DNA of 41,937 nt from a virus, in the IMG/VR virus record IMGVR_UViG_3300031110_000003, positions 1 to 41,937 of that record; one strand, given 5' to 3'. Position 1 is the stretch's first letter, and every line of letters begins with the position of its first letter. Below the pieces are notes generated by a model that had not been told where the DNA came from, searched no databases, and saw only the letters and a program-made list of their open reading frames with translations. Both the position numbers and the translations under genes were made by a program. This document shows positions 1 to 5,982 of this stretch, one piece after another.

Positions 1-127
1 CCAGAGCTTCCATTCTCATGCCCTGCATAAGTTGGATAAGGCACGCCCAGAGCCTCGGCGGCATCTGACGCTTTTTCAAAACCAGCCTGCTTGCGAGCGG
101 CTGCTAATCTTTCATGAAGTTCCATGA
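1..127. repeat. Terminal direct repeat, copy 1 (identical to 41811..41937); implies a circular or terminally overlapping 41,810-bp element
   Basis: Read directly: bases 1-127 (ccagagcttccattctcatg...catgaagttccatga) match 41811-41937 base for base. Copy 1 carries the first ~41 codons (minus strand, ATG at 125) of the repressor gene whose full copy is 41561..41935. Confidence 0.9.
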
Positions 128-147
128 TTGTGATTATGTCATAACTC

Positions 148-192
148 ACTATGAGAAACTCATTGACAAATGACTATGAGTTTTCCATAGTC
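148..192. promoter_or_regulatory. OR-like control region: two 15-bp operator palindromes (150-164 TATGAGAAACTCATT; 176-190 TATGAGTTTTCCATA) overlapping a rightward promoter TTGACA(163-168)-N17-CATAGT(186-191)
   Basis: Lies in the 72-bp gap between divergent HTH genes. The same 15-mer family (TATGAG-AAA-CTCATA) recurs twice at 39664-39710. The -35/-10 spacing was counted base by base. Confidence 0.6.
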
Positions 193-197
193 TGCGT

Positions 198-410
198 ATG
201 GAACAAGCAATCAATGTCAAAGATCTCCGCGCCACATTGAAGATGACCCAGGCTGAGCTTGGGGCGGCAATCGGCGTTGACCAAAGCACAGTTTCACTCT
301 GGGAAGCCGGTATGAAACCGCGTGGACCTGCGATGAAGCTGCTTTCGATGCTGGCGCAGAATGGCAAAGTTCCATCTGCCAAGCGCTCCCGCATGAGGGC
401 GTCAGCATGA
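198..410 (+). CDS. Cro-like XRE-family helix-turn-helix regulator (70 aa)
   Basis: HTH signature [29 protein letters not shown]. Divergent from the repressor gene. The ATG lies 7 nt after the predicted -10 and has no SD, so the mRNA may be leaderless. Confidence 0.8.
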   Translation: MEQAINVKDLRATLKMTQAELGAAIGVDQSTVSLWEAGMKPRGPAMKLLSMLAQNGKVPSAKRSRMRASA

Positions 411-706
411 CCACTCCAAACCTCAACCCCAATCAGGATTACCCAATGAGCGACGATATTACATCGGAAGCCCAGACAATTGCTGTCGGCCAATTGCGAG
501 CCTTCATCGAGCGTATTGAACGCCTTGAAGAAGAAAAACACACCATCGGCGACGACATCAAGGAAGTTTATGCGGAACTGAAAGGCTCTGGTTTTCAGCC
601 TAAAGTCGTTCGCGAAATCATCCGTCTCCGTAAGAAAGAAGATCACGAGCGTCAGGAAGATGAAGCGATGCTTCAGCTTTACATGGACGCATTGGGCATG
701 GGCTGA
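407..706 (+). CDS. gapR: GapR / DUF2312 (UPF0335) family DNA-binding protein, phage-encoded copy (99 aa)
   Basis: [69 protein letters not shown] matches Caulobacter GapR closely as I recall it. ATGA overlap with the cro-like stop codon. Confidence 0.85.
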   Translation: MTTPNLNPNQDYPMSDDITSEAQTIAVGQLRAFIERIERLEEEKHTIGDDIKEVYAELKGSGFQPKVVREIIRLRKKEDHERQEDEAMLQLYMDALGMG

Positions 707-709
707 ACG

Positions 710-931
710 ATGAGCGCGACCGTATATCCCACACAAGACGGTAATTTCATTGCGACTTGCCAGATCACCGGCAGAGGCGCGAGCGGTCGCACTCGTCATC
801 ATGCTTTATCAAATCTCCTTTTGTCTGCCGCCTCCCAAGCCCCCCGCTTAAAGGCAGACGAAAAAGCCGTGCCACCTTTCAATAAGCGTGGCACGGCTCT
901 CCTTTCGAGCGAGGGCGGCGATGAGGAATAA
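710..931 (+). CDS. Small hypothetical protein with a HicB-like/UPF0150-type N-terminal motif (73 aa)
   Basis: YPTQDGNFIATCQITGRGASGRTRHHALSNLLLSA fits the Y..DG.F.A....G..G.T...AL.NL pattern of HicB-like folds. It starts 4 nt after the gapR stop. Its 3' end contains the 866-897 hairpin, so the true end is uncertain. Confidence 0.4.
   Translation: MSATVYPTQDGNFIATCQITGRGASGRTRHHALSNLLLSAASQAPRLKADEKAVPPFNKRGTALLSSEGGDEE
861..897 (-). terminator. Rho-independent terminator for minus-strand transcription
   Basis: Perfect 10-bp stem gccgtgccac (866-875) / gtggcacggc (888-897) with a 12-nt loop. On the minus strand it is followed by TTTTT (complement of 861-865). It sits 78 nt downstream of the minus-strand ORF ending at 975. 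Confidence 0.65.
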
Positions 932-974
932 ACCTCGCTCAATCTCAAATTCAGTTTCACAAATCAGCCGAGCG

Positions 975-1184
975 TTAAGTGCGCGTTCTTTTGGGCGCAA
1001 ATGCCTGATCGCCAAGTTCTTCGGCTGTAGCGGGTGCAACTTGGCGGCGCGTGGCCGGGGTTTTCCTCTCTACCTTGAACAAAGCAGGGTCACGCATCTG
1101 AGCATCCGCGTCATTTCTTCGGGCTATCGCGGCTTTACGAGCGTTTTGCAGAACTCTCCAAGCCGCGTGTCCGATGTGTTCCAT
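975..1184 (-). CDS. Hypothetical basic protein (69 aa) transcribed against the rightward early operon
   Basis: ATG at 1184 is preceded by AAGGAAGG (SD) 2 nt upstream. Sequence is MEHIGHAAWRVLQNARKAAIARRNDADAQMRDPALFKVE... It has a dedicated terminator at 861-897. The competing plus-strand ORF 888..1304 is Ser/Arg/Phe-rich and looks non-coding. Confidence 0.5.
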   Translation of the reverse strand: MEHIGHAAWRVLQNARKAAIARRNDADAQMRDPALFKVERKTPATRRQVAPATAEELGDQAFAPKRTRT

Positions 1185-1246
1185 GACCTTCCTTTTGGTT
1201 GGGTATCTCGTCTGTCTGACAAGAAACCTATCGAAGGATTTCGTGC

Positions 1247-1675
1247 ATGGGCGACTCAAAATTTCAGCAACAGCAACATCAATTGGTTTCGGAGCGCGAG
1301 ATGAGTAGCTGCGAGATGGCGGGCCGCTATGTCCGCGAAATGACAGACAGAGAGGCCAAAGGGTGGGGCGACCAGAACAATGCCCTTAAGCGCCTAAGCC
1401 GTCGATACGGCATGTCTTACTGGACTTTGAACAATCTGCGCATTGGACGATCCAAGACGGTTGAAGCTTCGATCTTCAAGCGCGTCCAGTCCGCATATTT
1501 CGACTACTGCGAGCGCCAGATAGCGCAACTCCAACATGATCTTGAACTCGAAAAAGCGGTGAGCGGCGATGCTGATATGGAAGATCTGGTCGGCGAGGCT
1601 TCGCAGCTTCTGGCGTCTCTTCGTGAAGCGAAAGAAGCGAAGAAAACAAATCTTCGAGCGAATGGAGGCCGATAA
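1247..1675 (+). CDS. Hypothetical early protein (142 aa)
   Basis: Long ORF with ordinary composition and a coiled-coil-like C-terminus. AAGGA lies 9 nt upstream of the ATG. An internal ATG start cannot be excluded. Confidence 0.6.
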   Translation: MGDSKFQQQQHQLVSEREMSSCEMAGRYVREMTDREAKGWGDQNNALKRLSRRYGMSYWTLNNLRIGRSKTVEASIFKRVQSAYFDYCERQIAQLQHDLELEKAVSGDADMEDLVGEASQLLASLREAKEAKKTNLRANGGR

Positions 1676-1678
1676 GAA

Positions 1679-1777
1679 ATGAACCTCTTTCACGCCGCTC
1701 TCGTCTCAGCCCTTTCAACAGCCCTGACAATCTTGCTGATCGACTTGATCGGCTTCTATTTCCTATGGAGAATGTAA
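1679..1777 (+). CDS. Micro-ORF: 32-aa hydrophobic peptide MNLFHAALVSALSTALTILLIDLIGFYFLWRM
   Basis: Translated by hand and below the ORF-track cutoff. It starts 4 nt after the previous stop. Its TAA overlaps the next ATG (TAATG at 1775-1779). One predicted TM helix. Confidence 0.45.
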   Translation: MNLFHAALVSALSTALTILLIDLIGFYFLWRM

Positions 1778-1828
1778 TGGAAGCGCAGAAAATCCCGCAT
1801 TACGTAAAGCCTGCACTCGGTCGCCTCC

Positions 1829-2026
1829 ATGGGGGGGGCAACCTTAGCTCGCGAAGCCTCGCACACGGAAGAAGCCATAAAGGGCGGTGGTTTCGTCTAT
1901 TTCACATTGCCGGACGGCAGAGCAGTCGGTCCCGCTTCGGGCAAGTGGCTCATCGAAAATTCATTAGTTTCACCAACTGGCGACGATCTGTTTCCGGGTG
2001 GCTCTCAAACCTATCGTCTTGCGTGA
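1829..2026 (+). CDS. Hypothetical protein (65 aa as written); the reading frame may really begin at 1777 and be broken at a G8 run (1831-1838)
   Basis: The frame from 1829 gives a protein-like sequence (GGGFVYFTLPDGRAVGPASGKWLIENSLVSPTGDDLFPGG). The ATG at 1777 is coupled (TAATG) to the upstream micro-ORF. After the G8 run its frame turns Arg/Ser-rich. One G fewer would fuse the two. Confidence 0.5.
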   Translation: MGGATLAREASHTEEAIKGGGFVYFTLPDGRAVGPASGKWLIENSLVSPTGDDLFPGGSQTYRLA

Positions 2027-2033
2027 GGTAGCA

Positions 2034-2249
2034 ATGCTTAACCTGCGCGAGATGCACGATATTGCCAAAGGCGAAGTATCTTCGATGGAAGATCTTATTC
2101 GCAAAGGCCAGCGCTCAAAGCCGCCGCGTCCGGATAACTGGATCGCGCAGCATCAGCGCATCCTCCAGCACCGTAGACAGGTTGTTAAGCTCATAGAGAA
2201 AGACATTGCCGAATATGTTCGCAAGGCAGAAGGCGAGGCGGCAGCATGA
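2034..2249 (+). CDS. Hypothetical early protein (71 aa)
   Basis: ATG at 2034 has GAGGT 6 nt upstream. Sequence is MLNLREMHDIAKGEVSSMEDLIRKGQRSKPPRPDNW... ATGA overlap with rusA at 2246. Confidence 0.6.
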   Translation: MLNLREMHDIAKGEVSSMEDLIRKGQRSKPPRPDNWIAQHQRILQHRRQVVKLIEKDIAEYVRKAEGEAAA

Positions 2250-2599
2250 TCAGGCTCGCTCTCCCGTTCCCTCCGTCTGTCTGGGATATCTATGTCGGAT
2301 GGGGCAAGTCTCGCCGCCTATCGCCTGAATATGCGAAGTGGCGCAAAGACTGCGGCTTCTTCCTCAATCGCAAGAATGAATTCATTGACGGGCCTTTCAG
2401 CATCTCAGTTGCTTTGAAGCGTCCGCATAAGCGCTGCGATCTAGACAATCGAATGAAAGCGCTTCTCGACGTTCTCCAGCATTACAAGGTCATCAAGAAC
2501 GACAGCCTCTGTGAACGCCTCACAATGACGTGGGATGCCGGTCTGAAAGAGGAGTGTGTCGTCATCTTGCAGCGCTCCGAGGAGGCGTTAGCGTCATGA
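2246..2599 (+). CDS. rusA: RusA-family Holliday junction resolvase (117 aa)
   Basis: LPFPPSVW N-terminus and RCDLDNRMKALLDVL motif match RusA (LPWPPS..., RRRDLDN..KA..DAL). Confidence 0.8.
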   Translation: MIRLALPFPPSVWDIYVGWGKSRRLSPEYAKWRKDCGFFLNRKNEFIDGPFSISVALKRPHKRCDLDNRMKALLDVLQHYKVIKNDSLCERLTMTWDAGLKEECVVILQRSEEALAS

Positions 2600-3426
2600 G
2601 CAGGTGGGTGCGCGTTCAAACCTCCATATTCGACCATGAACTGTTCCAGGCTGAACCACTGACAGAGCGCGAAGCATGGCTATGGCTCATTGCAAATGCA
2701 GCGTGGAAAGCTACGCGCCACCGTGTCGGTGCAGACATGCATGAAGTGCCAGCGGGTAGCCTGTTTGTCACTCTGCGCCAGCTCCAAACAGCATGGAAAT
2801 GGAAGTCTGATTATCGAGTCCGCTCATTCCTAAAGCTCCTCGAAAAAGAGGGAATGACCGTTTCTGAAACGAACGCAGGTAAAACGCAGATAACTATCTG
2901 TAATTACTCGCATTATCAGGAAGCGGAACGCACGGATAACGCAAGCGCAACGCAAGAAAAACGCACTAAAGACACCAATACACCAAATACATCTTCACTT
3001 CGTTCAGATGTTACGGCGCAAGCGCCTGCAAAAGCAAAACGCGGTTCGAGACTGCCTGATGATTTCTTGGCGGATATCTCGGAAGCCGTGCGTCTTGGCC
3101 TTTCGGAGCAAGATGCTCACCGTGAGGCCGATAAGTTCCGCGATTACTGGAGCGGGCAGCCGGGGCAGCGTGGCGTCAAACTCGATTGGCCAGCCACATG
3201 GCGCAACTGGTGCCGATCAGCCGTAGAGCGCAAGCCTCACCGCAAAGAACCTCCTCCGAAGCCTCGAAATATCGGGGATGCAATACGCGACGAAGCACGG
3301 CGACTTGGAGTTTTGAGAAATGAACCAGATAGCGAAAACCGAGGATTTCACGGCGAAGGCAACGCAGGAGGAAACGTTACAGTGCTTGACCTTGCTTTCA
3401 AGCCTGCCCTCAAGGGCTTCGGCTGA
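2596..3426 (+). CDS. Replication initiator, lambda O / DnaD-like winged-helix type (276 aa)
   Basis: The N-terminus (WVRVQTSIFDHELFQ...EREAWLWLIANAAW...LRQLQTAWKWKSDYRVRSFLKLLEKEGM) and the C-terminal LPDDF...KFRDYW...KLDWPATWRNW block are typical of phage replication proteins. An iteron array lies in the inter-domain linker. ATGA overlap with rusA. Confidence 0.65.
   Translation: MSRWVRVQTSIFDHELFQAEPLTEREAWLWLIANAAWKATRHRVGADMHEVPAGSLFVTLRQLQTAWKWKSDYRVRSFLKLLEKEGMTVSETNAGKTQITICNYSHYQEAERTDNASATQEKRTKDTNTPNTSSLRSDVTAQAPAKAKRGSRLPDDFLADISEAVRLGLSEQDAHREADKFRDYWSGQPGQRGVKLDWPATWRNWCRSAVERKPHRKEPPPKPRNIGDAIRDEARRLGVLRNEPDSENRGFHGEGNAGGNVTVLDLAFKPALKGFG
2872..2965. repeat. Candidate origin of replication: six AACGCA iterons phased at exactly 11 bp
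   Basis: AACGCA starts at 2872, 2883, 2927, 2938, 2949 and 2960 (spacings 11, 44, 11, 11, 11). An AT-rich stretch (2966-3000) follows. The array lies inside the initiator gene. Confidence 0.6.
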
Positions 3427-3895
3427 CGATCAGGTCAACATTGCTGGTTTCTACATGGCTCTCGAAGGTGTGGCGCGCCACGGTCTGCAAACCGCAACAA
3501 AGCAAATCATGCAGGGTTCGCTCGGTCACGCCTTCCTCCCAAGCCCGCCAGAGCTTCGTCAGGAATGCGACAAGGTAATGAAGCCGATCCTCGAAGCGCG
3601 TGCCAGAGACAGCTACGAGCGCCGTATTCTCAAGGAAATGGCAGCAGACAACACCCGCGCAAAGTGGACGCCAGAAAGCCGAGCCCGCGCAACCGCAAAG
3701 TGGGAAGCGACCAAAGCACAGCAGCGCCTCGACAATGCGGCAGAAGAAACCCGCCGCGACCAGTTCGACACCAGCCCAGAGGCTTCTATGGCTCGCCTTA
3801 AGGCAGCAGACGAAGAAGCTGGCAATGACTTCAACCTCGACAAAATCAAGAACGCGCCGAGCGACACATTCAAGCAAGCGGGGAAAGCAGCATGA
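3320..3895 (+). CDS. Hypothetical replication-module protein (191 aa)
   Basis: Protein-like from its first codons (EETLQCLTLLSSLPSRASADDQVNIAGFYMALEGVARHG...). GGAG lies 10 nt upstream. It overlaps the initiator ORF by 107 nt, so one of the two ends or starts is uncertain. Confidence 0.6.
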   Translation: MNQIAKTEDFTAKATQEETLQCLTLLSSLPSRASADDQVNIAGFYMALEGVARHGLQTATKQIMQGSLGHAFLPSPPELRQECDKVMKPILEARARDSYERRILKEMAADNTRAKWTPESRARATAKWEATKAQQRLDNAAEETRRDQFDTSPEASMARLKAADEEAGNDFNLDKIKNAPSDTFKQAGKAA

Positions 3896-4122
3896 TCACG
3901 CTGACCAAGCGCCAGAAAGACGCATACGATTTTATCACCTCGTACACCCGAACTAATGGCTATGGGCCTTCCTATGAGGAAATCTCTACAGGGCTTGGCC
4001 TTGCCTCTAAGTCCGGTGTTAATCGCCTCGTCTACGGTCTGGTAGATCGTGGCTTTCTCATCAAGCACCCCGGCATTGCCAGAGGTTATTCATTCCCACA
4101 ACAGGAAGGGAGGGCCGCATAA
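3892..4122 (+). CDS. LexA N-terminal DNA-binding-domain-only protein (winged HTH, 76 aa; no S24 autoprotease domain)
   Basis: MITLTKRQKDAYDFITSYTRTNGYGPSYEEISTGLGLASKSGVNRLVYGLVDRGFLIK aligns along its length with E. coli LexA residues 1-65 ([54 protein letters not shown]). The ORF stops right after the domain. Confidence 0.75.
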   Translation: MITLTKRQKDAYDFITSYTRTNGYGPSYEEISTGLGLASKSGVNRLVYGLVDRGFLIKHPGIARGYSFPQQEGRAA

Positions 4123-4646
4123 TGTTCGCAGTATCAGCAACCCGGACAAATCAAGGCGCGGCGAAGATTATCGCGCAGCGTAATGCAGAACTTAAGGCGC
4201 AAGAGCGTTTGAAGCTTGAGGATCAGGTATCTGCGAGCAGTGAAGCCGAGCGCAAAGCATCGGAACAGCTTGCGAGCATTCGCAGGGCAGCAGAAATAGT
4301 CTCGAAATTTCGCGTGATCGCAATCGGGGAGACCGAGCGTCAGCCCATTCGTCAAATTGTAATGGATGCAATTGAGGGATCAAAGTTCGGATATGACGAC
4401 ATCATAGGCCATCGCCGCATGCGAGAAATGACTGACACGCGCCATTACATCATCCTTTGTGTTTGGGCTATGCGCCCAGACTTAAGCACAACCCAACTCG
4501 GTAAGCATTTGGGCGGGCGCGACCATTCAACAATCATCCATGCAAAGGGTCGCTTTGGTTTTGAAAGCCGGGAAGAAGCAGCGCGATTCATAAAGCAGCA
4601 CGGCAGAGACGCCACACTCGCGCGTCTCGTCAAGCAAGCGGCATAA
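4122..4646 (+). CDS. DnaA domain IV (Bac_DnaA_C)-like HTH protein without an AAA+ module (174 aa)
   Basis: IIGHRRMREMTDTRHYIILCVWAMRPDLSTTQLGKHLGGRDHSTIIHA matches the DnaA C-terminal DNA-binding signature (...[39 protein letters not shown]). TAATG overlap with the preceding gene. Confidence 0.7.
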   Translation: MFAVSATRTNQGAAKIIAQRNAELKAQERLKLEDQVSASSEAERKASEQLASIRRAAEIVSKFRVIAIGETERQPIRQIVMDAIEGSKFGYDDIIGHRRMREMTDTRHYIILCVWAMRPDLSTTQLGKHLGGRDHSTIIHAKGRFGFESREEAARFIKQHGRDATLARLVKQAA

Positions 4647-4674
4647 GCATAACCCCAGGCGATGAGGAAACACT

Positions 4675-5301
4675 ATGGCGGCGTATAGCAAGGCAGCAAA
4701 GCGACGATTGAAAAAAGGCAGGCCATTGTTGCCAGCAGCAGAACGGGAGCCAAACGGACGCAAGAGCAGGAGAAAATCGGCTGTGGTACGCAGGATGCAT
4801 GAGACGGAAGCAGAGACAAAGCTAGTTGTGATTTCTGCCCGCATGAAAATGGGCATGTCAGCATCAATCGCAGAGCGCCCAGAAGCTGGATCCGTTCTCG
4901 GTCGCCTGCATATCCTATTTCCTGATCGCGTCACCTATGCGCATTATCAGGCAGGCTTGCGCTACGGTGCAGACTATTGCCGGTATTACGCTTTGAGCGG
5001 CATTCCATATCCATCAGCGCGCGCTCACGACATGACCCGCGTTCAAGGCGTGGGTACAGACAAGCCAGAAGCCGCAGGGCAGGCGCGTGACCGCATCCTC
5101 GATCTGGGTGAAGCAATCCGCAAGGTCGATCAGCAAGGCCGACCAATCGCCACGACAATCCGCAAGGTGTGCATTCTCGATGAGGACACAGGCATGCACC
5201 TGCCTCACATGGTTCGCTTCCTCGCCATAGGCTTAGACGCGCTTGTGGATTTCTATGGGATAGATCGTAAGGCGATTCCACAGGACTTGACTAATGAATG
5301 A
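4675..5301 (+). CDS. Hypothetical protein, last gene of the rightward early operon (208 aa)
   Basis: Long ORF with a basic N-terminus, followed by a strong terminator. No domain recognised. A late-regulator role is only a positional guess. Confidence 0.6.
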   Translation: MAAYSKAAKRRLKKGRPLLPAAEREPNGRKSRRKSAVVRRMHETEAETKLVVISARMKMGMSASIAERPEAGSVLGRLHILFPDRVTYAHYQAGLRYGADYCRYYALSGIPYPSARAHDMTRVQGVGTDKPEAAGQARDRILDLGEAIRKVDQQGRPIATTIRKVCILDEDTGMHLPHMVRFLAIGLDALVDFYGIDRKAIPQDLTNE

Positions 5302-5353
5302 CATTTAGTCAGCCTGAATAAGGTAGCTGATTTGCGCGACCAGAGAAGAATAC

Positions 5354-5378
5354 AGCGGCTTTCGGGCCGCTTTTTTTG
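5354..5378 (+). terminator. Rho-independent terminator ending the rightward early operon
   Basis: Stem agcggc (5354-5359) / gccgct (5366-5371), followed by a T-run that extends to 5377. Confidence 0.7.
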
Positions 5379-5414
5379 TGGTACCTTCCCGTTGGGCTAA
5401 CTCATGGGGGTTAC

Positions 5415-5846
5415 ATGGAGCCGGGAAGAAACAATTATCCATTCCGCGATTGGCGCGACGATATGGAAGACGGTACATTTCACGGGGGGCAGCGACGGCC
5501 GCGCGAGCGCAGCTCAATATACGTTCACCTAGCGCTATTTTGTGTTTGGCTTGCATCAATAGGTTTAGTAACGAGCATTTTAGTGCCAATTTTTTTGGGA
5601 TTAATTTCTTGTGTCGTTCAGAGCTACCTATTCTTGAAAAATGGTATTTGGCCTGGTTATACTGTCGTTGATTTATTGTCTCACAAGCAGATCAACGTTG
5701 AGTGGGCTCAACAGCCTGAAACAATGTTCGGGGTCCACAAACTTTTTGCAGCTACAGATTTGTGGATGCTGCTTCCCATTGGGTTGATATGGGCCGCAGC
5801 GGTATTGGCCATAGCTCGGATGGCAGTGAAAATCGCGCGCTATTGA
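5415..5846 (+). CDS. Integral membrane protein, stand-alone moron (143 aa, about 3 TM helices)
   Basis: Hydrophobic segments are IYVHLALFCVWLASIGLV, ILVPIFLGLISCVV and LWMLLPIGLIWAAAVLAIA. The gene is bracketed by terminators at 5354-5378 and 5874-5903. The local sequence is visibly AT-richer. Confidence 0.6.
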   Translation: MEPGRNNYPFRDWRDDMEDGTFHGGQRRPRERSSIYVHLALFCVWLASIGLVTSILVPIFLGLISCVVQSYLFLKNGIWPGYTVVDLLSHKQINVEWAQQPETMFGVHKLFAATDLWMLLPIGLIWAAAVLAIARMAVKIARY

Positions 5847-5873
5847 ACTGAAGCACATCGAATTAGCATCTAC

Positions 5874-5903
5874 AGCCTCGCGAAAGCGGGGCTTTTTCAT
5901 TTT
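5874..5903 (+). terminator. Rho-independent terminator (GAAA tetraloop)
   Basis: agcctcgc (5874-5881) GAAA gcggggct (5886-5893) forms 8 bp including one G-U pair, then TTTTTCATTTT. Confidence 0.7.
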
Positions 5904-5982
5904 AGGCGGCACTAAAGTATCGGTTGTAATTGCCTATATTGTGAGCAAGTATGTACCTTCCCTGACGGGGTTTTCGAATTTG

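Noticed and set aside
149-802. 217-aa minus-strand ORF covering the cro-like and gapR genes
   Set aside because: It is antisense to two well-supported plus-strand genes with recognisable domains. Its Ala/Arg/Ser-rich composition is typical of a shadow frame, and it runs through the operator/promoter region.
888-1304. 138-aa plus-strand ORF
   Set aside because: Its Ser/Arg/Phe-rich composition looks non-coding. The opposite strand has a shorter ORF with a strong SD and a dedicated terminator.
1765-2031. 88-aa ORF read straight through the G8 run
   Set aside because: After the homopolymer the frame becomes Arg/Ser/His-rich, while the +1 frame is protein-like. I treated it as a frame problem rather than a real 88-aa protein.
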